Origin: Leptolyngbyaceae cyanobacterium bins.349
Lineage (GTDB): Bacteria > Cyanobacteriota > Cyanobacteriia > Leptolyngbyales > Leptolyngbyaceae
Reading direction: 5' to 3'
Length of the DNA: 64,000 nt
Assembly (NCBI GenBank): GCA_033764685.1
Contig: JANRIS010000050.1
Span: 98,034-162,033, forward strand
A program made the translations under genes and the position numbers. The notes under the pieces are model-generated. The model was not told where the DNA came from. It did not search any database and worked only from the letters and a program-made list of their open reading frames with translations. Every line of letters begins with the position of its first letter. Positions within the stretch are counted from its first letter, which is position 1. Below, one piece after another: positions 6,736 through 15,135 of the stretch.

Positions 6736-7584
6736 TTAGGGATTGCAGAACTCACAAAACATCGGATCAGCCTGTTGTATCCCATGCGGATACATCGTTG
6801 GCTGCTTGTAACCGCATTGCTTGCAAGCATGAATGGAAATCAGAATCTGGTCAGTTGGATGCCCACATAACCCACAGGGTAAACCGCGCCGATATTCCAC
6901 CGCATCAAATCCAGGGTAGTGACATTGAGGACAGAATTGGTTGGCTTGACGAATCAGATCTTGAGTGGCTTGACGAATCACTTTCATGCGCGTGGGATTG
7001 TGCATCGCCCGCATATCTGTTTCTACATGAACTTGTTCAGATCTAGTCAGAAGTTGATTTACCACATCGACTAACTGAGATTTTGTTGTGATACCTTTCA
7101 TGATTTGATTGGAGTCCCCTGCCTGGGCATCGGGCCTTACCACCAAGCCGTGGGAGGGAAACCCGACTTTTTGGGCAAAGGCGATCGCCGCTTCGACTGA
7201 AGCGATCGCGGCATGGCTAAAATTCGTTTCCGTCGAAATCGCTTCCCCCACTAATTCCAGATCATGCTGGCGATCAATCAACACCACAATTTCGCGATCG
7301 CAGGGCACAAAGGGCAGCGCCGGATGAGGCGAAAAGCTCCCTTCGCTAGCGATCGCCAGGGTTCCGCCTACCAGTTCCAACGCCGCCAATGCTTTGATCC
7401 TCGCGGTTTCGAGTTGGTTGGCGGGACGCTCCACATCGCGGGTAAACGTACCAAAGCGATCGCTATCAAAATTTGCCGGGACAATCACGTCGATGTCTAA
7501 CGCCTGTTTCAGGAGGGGCGCGATCGCTGCTTCTTTCCGATGCATCGTCGCCAGCACAGCTTGCCGTTGAGCAAAGTAGGACAC
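6736..7584 (-). CDS. Conserved hypothetical protein with a C-terminal four-CxxC zinc-ribbon region
   Basis: 282-aa ORF. The C terminus carries CPQC, CGLC, CKQC and CEFC. The N-terminal ATMHRKE... region looks like a conserved DUF, but I cannot name the family with certainty. Confidence 0.6.
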   Translation of the reverse strand: MSYFAQRQAVLATMHRKEAAIAPLLKQALDIDVIVPANFDSDRFGTFTRDVERPANQLETARIKALAALELVGGTLAIASEGSFSPHPALPFVPCDREIVVLIDRQHDLELVGEAISTETNFSHAAIASVEAAIAFAQKVGFPSHGLVVRPDAQAGDSNQIMKGITTKSQLVDVVNQLLTRSEQVHVETDMRAMHNPTRMKVIRQATQDLIRQANQFCPQCHYPGFDAVEYRRGLPCGLCGHPTDQILISIHACKQCGYKQPTMYPHGIQQADPMFCEFCNP

Positions 7585-7586
7585 CG

Positions 7587-8171
7587 TTATTTCTTCCTAA
7601 ACCGCTGCATCTGTTTCACCAGCCAATCATCAGAACGCACTTTGAAGTCTCCCATCGAGAGCAACAACATCATCCCTCCGACTTTGACACTCATCAGGAT
7701 GTGAACCGCGATACCCAAAATCACCAATACCCAGGCGAGCAAGTGGGCATAGTAAGCCGCGTGATTGAGTTCGCCATTGGGGAGCCAGTTTTCGTCCATC
7801 AGTTTGCCCGTACCCACCGCGATCGCCGCCGCAAGGAGCATGGTCGTATTCGTCAGGCGTTGCAACGCTACCCACCAGATCGGCCTGCCGACCATAGTGA
7901 GTTGGCTGAGAGAGTTACCCTGAACCAGCTTTTTGCGTCCGGCAGTGACACTGTAAATCGCAAAGGCAATGAAGAGAAAGAACAGGAAAAAGCCAAAGGT
8001 GCCGTGGATGTCAATTAAACCGCGATCGCGCACCGTTAAACCCAGTCCACCAAAGCGTTTATCCCAACTGTCGTACACTAGAAACCCGGTGATGAGGGCC
8101 GCGATCGCGAGAATTGCCGTGATGCCGTGAGTTAGCCGCAGGAGTAAGGGTTGGTAAGGAGTGATCCGCAT
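7587..8171 (-). CDS. Integral membrane protein, possibly cytochrome b561/DUF4405-like
   Basis: 194 aa with 4-5 hydrophobic helices and conserved His residues (LTHGITAIL, IDIHGTFGFF, YAHLLAWVL, AVHILMSV). It starts 3 nt after the upstream gene ends. Confidence 0.5.
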   Translation of the reverse strand: MRITPYQPLLLRLTHGITAILAIAALITGFLVYDSWDKRFGGLGLTVRDRGLIDIHGTFGFFLFFLFIAFAIYSVTAGRKKLVQGNSLSQLTMVGRPIWWVALQRLTNTTMLLAAAIAVGTGKLMDENWLPNGELNHAAYYAHLLAWVLVILGIAVHILMSVKVGGMMLLLSMGDFKVRSDDWLVKQMQRFRKK

Positions 8172-8292
8172 AGGTGGGTGATGAGGAAAGAATTGTCAAA
8201 CGGTTCCGACTACCAGCATACCGATTGCCCGAACGAAGCATAGATAAGAGGATACAGCAGTTTGTTTAGAGTTCTATCTATCAAAATGCAAC

Positions 8293-8322
8293 AAAAAAGA
8301 CGCTCTGAGGCGAACGTCTTTT
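8293..8322 (-). terminator. Rho-independent terminator candidate downstream of the AbrB-duplication membrane protein gene
   Basis: Minus-strand sequence aaaagacgttcgcctcagagcgtcttttttg. The stem is aagacg/cgtctt, with an inner cgc/gcg extension, followed by a T-run. Confidence 0.5.
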
Positions 8323-8374
8323 GAAGGAATTTTACCGTGTTATGGATTACGCCACATCATCGTGAGCGAATTTG

Positions 8375-9562
8375 CTATAGAGGAACTCCAGGGCGCGATA
8401 GGGTTTGATTCCCAGGTTTGTTCTGTCGCGATCGCTCTAGGGAACTGGCAACCGAAACGATGAGAGGTAACAGGGCATTAATTGCAATCAAGCGGATCAG
8501 ATGCCCTGCCGTCACAAGTTCCACATCTTGATTCAAGGTCAATGCAATCCAAATCATTTCGGGAGACCCGCCAGGCGCGGTGACTAACAAGCAGGTGAGC
8601 CAATCCCAGGAGGTGAGCAACTTCGCCATAACGGCAACGCCCAAGCCGACGAGCAGAGTGAGTCCGGCAGGAACAGTGGCGCGGGCGATCGCAAATCGAC
8701 CCAGATTAGGATTCATCCCCCAGTATTCTCCAATGGTTGTGCCTAGCAGAATTTGCCCTAGCAGATTGAGTAAGGTGGGTGGATTAAAATCAACGGATGG
8801 CAAAAAAGGAACCGCGTTGACCAGGGCATTAAACCCAATCCCTACCATTAAGGGGCACATCAAGGCTGGGACTGGTATTTTGAAGGTTTCACCCACTTTC
8901 ACACTCAAACTCGCGATCGCCAGCACCAGCACCAGACGCGCAAGATAGATCATATTTGGATCAATTAAATGATGGGTTAGCCCGTTTAAGATCGCCCAGG
9001 CATCGTTAGAATGCGAGACGTTGGATAACAGTGGAATGGCTGAAGTGACTGCGGTAAACCGCACCAATTGCACCAGTGATACGAGCGCCGGATTGCTGCC
9101 ATAATCTGCGGCAATGCTGGCCATAACCCCAATGTTGCCGGGGGTGGTTGCGAGCATTGCCGTTAGCCAATCGGTTTTTTGCAAGCGTGTGTAAATTGCG
9201 GCAACTCCCACACTGCCAACTAATAAGCAACCCGTTAGCAGGACGAAGAGCGGCACAAAACCCGCGATCGCACCAACATCACTATGCTGAACTGAAAAGC
9301 CAACCGTTAACCCAACCAGCAATTGCCCAATCTTACGAGCATTCCGGTTGGGGGTAGCGTTGACCTGAAATCGGGAACGACTGACCACAAACACGATGGC
9401 TCCCGCCGCAATGCCCCCCAAGATCCAGGAGGTACCATCTGAACCGAGAAATAACAACCCTAACCCAATGACCGCCGCCAACAATAATTCAGCTAACACC
9501 ATCCAAAACTGAGTCAATGAAGCAGCAGGCAACCTGATCGAGCGTGGTGCGGTAAGGGTCAT
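8375..9562 (-). CDS. AbrB-duplication family membrane protein (PF05145-like, putative transporter)
   Basis: 395 aa, polytopic, with an internal duplication. The two halves carry the family-typical motifs TTPGNIGVMASIAADYG and TAPGGSPEMIWIALTL. Confidence 0.7.
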   Translation of the reverse strand: MTLTAPRSIRLPAASLTQFWMVLAELLLAAVIGLGLLFLGSDGTSWILGGIAAGAIVFVVSRSRFQVNATPNRNARKIGQLLVGLTVGFSVQHSDVGAIAGFVPLFVLLTGCLLVGSVGVAAIYTRLQKTDWLTAMLATTPGNIGVMASIAADYGSNPALVSLVQLVRFTAVTSAIPLLSNVSHSNDAWAILNGLTHHLIDPNMIYLARLVLVLAIASLSVKVGETFKIPVPALMCPLMVGIGFNALVNAVPFLPSVDFNPPTLLNLLGQILLGTTIGEYWGMNPNLGRFAIARATVPAGLTLLVGLGVAVMAKLLTSWDWLTCLLVTAPGGSPEMIWIALTLNQDVELVTAGHLIRLIAINALLPLIVSVASSLERSRQNKPGNQTLSRPGVPL

Positions 9563-9630
9563 TGGATTGTCTCAAGTACAGTCATTAAGTCTTTGTTACT
9601 TAAAGATAACAAGCTTAATGAGCGATCGCA

Positions 9631-9692
9631 CTTTTAAATCTTTTCTCGCGCTTTTAAATCTTTTCTTGCACCTTCAAATCTTTTCTTGCGCG
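9631..9692. repeat. Three tandem ~21-bp repeats that triplicate the last codons and stop codon of the DUF4336-like gene
   Basis: The copies are cttttaaatcttttctcgcg, cttttaaatcttttcttgcac and cttcaaatcttttcttgcgcg. The third copy holds the real ...AQEKI* end (stop at 9674-9676). The repeats lie in the 5' region of the AbrB-duplication family gene, which starts at 9562. Confidence 0.85.
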
Positions 9693-10885
9693 TCGGGAAC
9701 CAGGCGAATTCGGCTTAAGCGTTGGTCCAATGTGCGTAACAGGGCAAAGTCAGCTTCAGGTAAGGGGTAGTTGTCCTCTGTTGGGGTGCCCGCCGAGTCA
9801 GACGATTGCTCCAAAAAGGCGAAAGCTTGCCGAAATTGACGCGGGGTAGTCTCAATGGGCGCTTCCAGATGGCAGGGAATAATCCGTTCAAAATCCCAAC
9901 CGGCCACATCGGTTGCCCAATCCAGTGTCGTTTGGGGTGCCCGATTCAGAATTAATGCTTGCAAAATGGGAGCCACAAATAAGCGGCCATTCCCGCGCAA
10001 TGCCTCAAAGGATGCCACCCAGTTTTCATTCCACTTGAAAGGGAACCAGCCGAAGTAGGCCCGTTTGGAGCGATCGGGGGCTTGCCACGCTTCTCGAAGC
10101 GACTGCCAAGTTTCCACCGGTTCCAATGCCGCAGGCCGAAAAAAGAAGGCAAACAGAGACATTCGCTGCCAGCCCTTGCGCCGATTGGCGGGCGTGTCTT
10201 CCACCACATCAAAGGCGTTGTCCTTGGCGTGAAACAATAACCCATAGGGATCTAGTTGCACGATCGCGGGTGGCGCATCAGGAATGGAAACAACGGTATC
10301 TGTAACCAGTAAAGTACGCGATCGCTCGTGATAAAACGCCACTTCGGTAAACTTGCCAGCGCCTAAATCAATGGGGCCTAAAATGCGATAGTCAAACTCA
10401 TGCCCAAAGGGAGTGTTGCAAGCATACTCTGGCAAAATGTGGGTGCGATCGCGCGGGAAACCCAACCACGGTAGGGGAAGATTCAGCGGAAAACTCCATT
10501 GCCCTGGTGCGACAAACACCTGAGCGGTGGGGAAGCAGCGGGCAAAAGGACCAACAAATACTTTATGCTCCAGGCCAGAACTGGAGGGCAAAATGATATA
10601 TTTCACGTCCCCATGTTGGGTGACGAGTTCATGCATCAGTTGCAGGCATTCGGGGGTTGGTGCCACCGGAGCGTACACCAGCAATCCGCCCTCTGCCAGT
10701 TTCACCACCGTCATCCGAATCGGCACCACGACGTAAAGAATGCCCTGCATCTGGTCGAAGGTCCAGATGGTGTCTTTGACAATTTCCTGGCGCAACGTGC
10801 GGCGATCGCTGTAGGGATAAAGCGGCACCAGGAACCAAAATCGCCAGAACCAGTTTTTTGCTTGAGTAGTAGTCAGACTTTGCAT
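9674..10885 (-). CDS. DUF4336-like protein (conserved in cyanobacteria and plastid-bearing eukaryotes)
   Basis: 403 aa. The N-terminal WFWRFWFLVPLYPYSDRRTLRQEIVKDTIWTFDQ...GGLLVYAPVAPTPEC pattern matches my recollection of DUF4336. Confidence 0.65.
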   Translation of the reverse strand: MQSLTTTQAKNWFWRFWFLVPLYPYSDRRTLRQEIVKDTIWTFDQMQGILYVVVPIRMTVVKLAEGGLLVYAPVAPTPECLQLMHELVTQHGDVKYIILPSSSGLEHKVFVGPFARCFPTAQVFVAPGQWSFPLNLPLPWLGFPRDRTHILPEYACNTPFGHEFDYRILGPIDLGAGKFTEVAFYHERSRTLLVTDTVVSIPDAPPAIVQLDPYGLLFHAKDNAFDVVEDTPANRRKGWQRMSLFAFFFRPAALEPVETWQSLREAWQAPDRSKRAYFGWFPFKWNENWVASFEALRGNGRLFVAPILQALILNRAPQTTLDWATDVAGWDFERIIPCHLEAPIETTPRQFRQAFAFLEQSSDSAGTPTEDNYPLPEADFALLRTLDQRLSRIRLVPDAQEKI

Positions 10886-10957
10886 CGGGCAGCGCTATAC
10901 TTCTTTCAGAAATTAAAATCAGCCTAATTCTCAGATTAATCGACAGTAGACCAACCA

Positions 10958-11455
10958 GTGGACAAGAAAGATATCATCGGAGAACGGGGTGAATCTATTT
11001 TCCGAGTTCTACTAACCCGCAAGCATCCAACTCGAGGCTATTTATTCGACCATCCAAGGCAACTGGGTGAAAAGAAGCAAACGATAGACTTTTACGTTGA
11101 ACTCTTTCACGACGAATACTTAACCCCTTTTTTCTTGGTTCAAGTTAAATCAACCTCCCAAGGTTACACTCAGAAGGAGCAACGACTCAAGGTTCAAGTT
11201 ACGACTGCCGATATGAAGTTTCTGGCCACGTATCCAGCACCTGCTTACATCATTGGAATTGATGAAATAGGAGAGCAGGGGTATATTGTGGCGGTCAACC
11301 GGACTTATCAAAGGGGTTTTTCCAGTCTCTGCACAGATTATCCTCTCAATCCGGATGTGCTGGCGTTAGTATGGGATGAAGTAGCGGCGTATTGGACCTC
11401 TTCAACCGATTGGTCATTCCAATCAGTTTTTCGTGATCCAAAGTGGGGGCAGTAA
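10958..11455 (+). CDS. DUF4365-like protein (PD-(D/E)xK-type fold), paralogue 1
   Basis: 165 aa with a GTG start. IGERGESIFRVLL...TIDFYVELF...FFLVQVKST fits the DUF4365 pattern (G..GE...D-hhVE...VQ.K). Confidence 0.6.
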   Translation: MDKKDIIGERGESIFRVLLTRKHPTRGYLFDHPRQLGEKKQTIDFYVELFHDEYLTPFFLVQVKSTSQGYTQKEQRLKVQVTTADMKFLATYPAPAYIIGIDEIGEQGYIVAVNRTYQRGFSSLCTDYPLNPDVLALVWDEVAAYWTSSTDWSFQSVFRDPKWGQ

Positions 11456-11916
11456 TGAAGCAAGACTTAGCGTATTTTATCGGTCAACGTGCAGAAGCGC
11501 TTGCGAATGTCTACCTCACTCGCAGCCAAAATCTGGTAGTTCAACGATTGGATCATGATTTTGGCATTGATCTGTTAGTGGAAATAGCACACAATAACCG
11601 CACAACAGGGAAGGTTTTTGGCGTTCAAATCAAGGGACGAGATAAAGCTCTTAAGAACGGTCAAAAATACTTATTGCCGATTACTGAAGAATATAATCAG
11701 TATTTCCAGAATTTGCCTTTTCCTGTTTGTCTACTCCTCTTCACGATGGAGGACGATAAAGGGTATTACCAGTGGGTCAATTATTCGACTTCATCAAGCC
11801 CAGATTCCAACCTCGCTGATCAAGCAAAATGGCGATCGCTAGATGGGAATGGCATTGAACATCTCCTTCAAGAGGTCAATGATTGGTACGACGCAAAACG
11901 CCATTCTGTAACGTGA
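11455..11916 (+). CDS. DUF4365-like protein (PD-(D/E)xK-type fold), paralogue 2
   Basis: IGQRAEALANVYL...DHDFGIDLLVEI...VFGVQIKGR fits the same pattern. The ATG at 11455 shares one nucleotide with the TAA of paralogue 1 (TAATG). An alternative ATG lies at 11443. Confidence 0.6.
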   Translation: MKQDLAYFIGQRAEALANVYLTRSQNLVVQRLDHDFGIDLLVEIAHNNRTTGKVFGVQIKGRDKALKNGQKYLLPITEEYNQYFQNLPFPVCLLLFTMEDDKGYYQWVNYSTSSSPDSNLADQAKWRSLDGNGIEHLLQEVNDWYDAKRHSVT

Positions 11917-11931
11917 GGATCGGCAACCTGC

Positions 11932-12411
11932 TCAGGGATACGGATCATCGGTAGGCAGGACGATCGCTTCAAACCAGTAGTGCAAGAAGTTTTTAATCGT
12001 GTGTCTCAACTCAGGTACCCCAATTGGCTTGAGCATATAGCTATTGATGCCAAAGTGATAACAACTATCGACATCCCGTGGGTTAGAGGAGGTCGTTAGC
12101 ACCACAATGGGGATACTTTTTAAGGACTGATCCTGTTTTACTTGTTCAATTACTTCGCGCCCATCGGTGCCGGGTAAGTTTAAATCCATGACAATCACCG
12201 CAGGACGGGGTGCCCGTTGTGGCTCCAGGTATTGCCCCCGATGGTAGAGGTAATCGAGTGCATCTTCTCCGTCGCAAGCTCGCAACACGGGACGTTGAAA
12301 CTCACATTCCTGCATGATCCGCAGAAATGTGAAGTAGTCCTCGTCACTGTCCTCAACGATGAGCAGGGGTGAGATGCCAAGATTCAAGGTTGATGATGAT
12401 GAGTCTGGCAT
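11932..12411 (-). CDS. CheY-like single-domain response regulator (Rcp-type, downstream of the phytochrome gene)
   Basis: Receiver motifs are LLIVEDSDEDYF, VIVMDLNLPGTDG and LTTSS...K. I prefer the ATG at 12411 (MPDSSSS...). The longer ORF to 12540 adds a non-conserved extension. Confidence 0.8.
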   Translation of the reverse strand: MPDSSSSTLNLGISPLLIVEDSDEDYFTFLRIMQECEFQRPVLRACDGEDALDYLYHRGQYLEPQRAPRPAVIVMDLNLPGTDGREVIEQVKQDQSLKSIPIVVLTTSSNPRDVDSCYHFGINSYMLKPIGVPELRHTIKNFLHYWFEAIVLPTDDPYP

Positions 12412-12589
12412 AGGAGATGAATGGGTAAAACAGTAACAGATATTGTTGGCTAAAACGTGGGCGGCCCAGATTAAATTTAACTGAAGAAATATTCTCTTAG
12501 GGTTGGGGCCGATTTTGTCAGGGTTCTGGCGATCGGTCAATCATGTTTTGCTAAACCTGCCCGTACAGGTATTTTGTTTGCTAGAAATC

Positions 12590-14935
12590 TCATGTCTTTT
12601 GGGGGGGGAGGGGGAGGGTGAAGTAGAAAGTGCTGCCTTCGCCGTAAACCGATTCTACCCAAACTGTACCGCCATGCCGTTCCACAATTTTTTTAACAAT
12701 GGTTAACCCGGCTCCGGTGCCATCGCCATATTTTCCAGGCGCATGGAGCCGCTTAAAGATCCGAAAAATGGTATCCAGATGTTTGGTTTGAATGCCGATG
12801 CCGTTATCTCGCACATAAAAGGTGCCGATATGGGGGGAGGCCATTGCCTGAGGACGCGATCGCCACTCTTGGTGGCTTTCATGGGGTTCGAGATAGCCAA
12901 TTTCTACCCAACGAGTCGCTTTATCGTTGTATTTCAGGGCATTGCTGATCAAGTTGGTGAATACTTCTTCCATTAAAATGCGATCGCCTTCAATCGTTGG
13001 TAATGGGCAAGGGATGCGAATTTCCATTGCTTCGTTTGCCTGACTCATACCCAACATTTCCACCACGGTTTGCACCAATTCATTCAGGTTGAGCGATCGC
13101 ACGTCTAATTCCTGTCGTCCCAGGCGAGAAAAGTGCAACAGGGAATTAATCAAATCCTCCATGCGTTTCGTCAACCGGATCAGCGTTTGCAGCTTCGCCA
13201 CCCCATCTTCCGCCAACACAGAACTGTAATCTTCCAGTAAAAAAGTGGAATAGTTGTGGATGCCCCGCAGAGGTTCTTTTAAGTCGTGGGAAGCGATGTA
13301 GGCAAACGCATCCAGTTCATTGTTGCTGCGTTCCAGTTCCAGGTTAATTGTCGCCAGTTCATCTGCTTTTCGCAGCACAATCCCGACGATCGCACTCCGC
13401 AATTCTACGGCTCCCGCTACCTCATAGGCTTCCCAGGCGCGAGACTTGAGCCGGACCGTTTCCTGCCACCGTTCAAAGGATTGCCGCGGAAAAATGGTCA
13501 AACTGCCATCTGTTTCTACTCGTTTCGGCTTTTCTGGATCACCAGCCCAGTGGACCTGTTGCACAATTTCGGGCCGAAACCACAACACATAATTGGGTTG
13601 AATTTTGGTGATCGATAACGCCAATAGGCCACTGGCGACATCTTTGAACGCTCTGGCGGGAGGATACAAGGACGGGAGGGCATCGGTGACAAATACATGA
13701 TTGTGAAATTGATCGGGTAACCAACTGAGCAACTCATACACTTCTGACTCGGTGGGTGTTTTGCCTACTAGAATGACATTTCCATTCAGGCAAACCGCCG
13801 CGCCTTCAGCCCCCACGGCATCGAGTAGACTGGCGCGATCGCTGACTAACCCATCCATTAATTCATCGGATTGAGTGACCGCATCAATGAATTGAGTTTG
13901 AATTGATTTCAACTTTAGTTTGTATTCTAGATTCTCATTTGCTTCTTTTGTAGCTAATTCGAGTGACATGACTTGGCCTAAAAACTCACACACAGTGCGA
14001 ATTTCGTAAGGCACAAATTGAGGCGTATCATGATGACAGGCAATTAATCCCCATAATTTATGATCCTGCATTAATGAAATAGACATTGATGCACCAACGC
14101 CCATATTTTTCAAATATTCGATATGAATTGGAGAAACACTTCTAAGCACACTCAAACTTAAGTCAATTGGTTCATCGGCTGAAGATTGGGAATTGGACAG
14201 AATTGGAACTGAATTGTAGTCAACGTCAGGAATCAGACGCAGCCAGTTTAAGGTATAGAGATATTTGGCTTGTTTGGGAATGTCAGAGTCGGGATAGTGC
14301 AGCCCCAGGTAGGGTTTGAGATCATCCCGTTTGGCTTCAGCAATCACCCTTCCTGCCCCCTGCGCGTCAAACTGGTAAACCATGACGCGATCGAACCCGA
14401 TCAGGGTGCGAATTTCTTGCACAATTAACGTACAGAGCTGGCTGAGATTGGCGGATTGATGAATCCGGCTCAGAATATTTTGAGTCAGCTTAAAGAAATT
14501 AAAAAAGTTTGCCGCGATTTCTGAACTAATTGGCTCAAGTTCCAGGATGAGCTTGTTTTGTGGCGAACGATGAATAATGCCATCACAGGGAACAGGTTCC
14601 ATCTGGCCTAACACTTCCAACCGTAAGGGGTTGATCGATTCAAAGTCTCCCGCTAAACACTGCCGTAGGGTGGCAATTTGGGACGCATGGAGTAGGGTGG
14701 TTAGGGGTTGTCCTAAGAGTTCGGTGGCGGTAATACCGATGAGATCCTCCGTGTTGACACTGATGCGCTCGATCAGGAAGTCAGGTTCAGATAGAACCAA
14801 CAATATCCCGTGGGGTTGAATGGAGCCAGGAATATGAATCGGTTCGCGATCGCAATTGGTCAGATTTACCAGGGTAGAGGCTTGAAGTGGGTTCTGAAGC
14901 ATGAATGTTTTGAAAAGAAGTTTTTGATCCCTCAC
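12590..14935 (-). CDS. Phytochrome-class sensor histidine kinase (PAS-GAF-PHY-HisKA-HATPase), bacteriophytochrome/CphB-like
   Basis: 781 aa. The N terminus has NLTNCDREPIHIPGSIQPHGILLVL. The GAF domain has RSVSPIHIEYLKNMGVGASMSISL. The H-box is IASHDLKEPLRGI. The C-terminal HATPase has RDNGIGI...GTGAGLTIVKKI. Confidence 0.9.
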   Translation of the reverse strand: MRDQKLLFKTFMLQNPLQASTLVNLTNCDREPIHIPGSIQPHGILLVLSEPDFLIERISVNTEDLIGITATELLGQPLTTLLHASQIATLRQCLAGDFESINPLRLEVLGQMEPVPCDGIIHRSPQNKLILELEPISSEIAANFFNFFKLTQNILSRIHQSANLSQLCTLIVQEIRTLIGFDRVMVYQFDAQGAGRVIAEAKRDDLKPYLGLHYPDSDIPKQAKYLYTLNWLRLIPDVDYNSVPILSNSQSSADEPIDLSLSVLRSVSPIHIEYLKNMGVGASMSISLMQDHKLWGLIACHHDTPQFVPYEIRTVCEFLGQVMSLELATKEANENLEYKLKLKSIQTQFIDAVTQSDELMDGLVSDRASLLDAVGAEGAAVCLNGNVILVGKTPTESEVYELLSWLPDQFHNHVFVTDALPSLYPPARAFKDVASGLLALSITKIQPNYVLWFRPEIVQQVHWAGDPEKPKRVETDGSLTIFPRQSFERWQETVRLKSRAWEAYEVAGAVELRSAIVGIVLRKADELATINLELERSNNELDAFAYIASHDLKEPLRGIHNYSTFLLEDYSSVLAEDGVAKLQTLIRLTKRMEDLINSLLHFSRLGRQELDVRSLNLNELVQTVVEMLGMSQANEAMEIRIPCPLPTIEGDRILMEEVFTNLISNALKYNDKATRWVEIGYLEPHESHQEWRSRPQAMASPHIGTFYVRDNGIGIQTKHLDTIFRIFKRLHAPGKYGDGTGAGLTIVKKIVERHGGTVWVESVYGEGSTFYFTLPLPPQKT

Positions 14936-15135
14936 TGTTCTTGCATTACCTTAACCATCTAAAGATAGATAAAGTAATCATACTTTTGGTATATTCTCAA
15001 CTTGCTTGAGTTAAGTCATTCGCTATATCTGTTAAATTTAGATAAATTTAGACATATAGGCACATAGATTCAGGCATCAAGATAACGAGTGTACATCCTC
15101 ATGGGTCGCTGATTTGTTTTAACGAAAGCGTCCTG

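Noticed and set aside
7473-8018. 181-aa plus-strand ORF
   Set aside because: It is antisense to two tightly packed minus-strand genes, and its composition is Arg/His-rich.
10499-10927. 142-aa plus-strand ORF
   Set aside because: It is antisense to the DUF4336-like gene and has no motifs.
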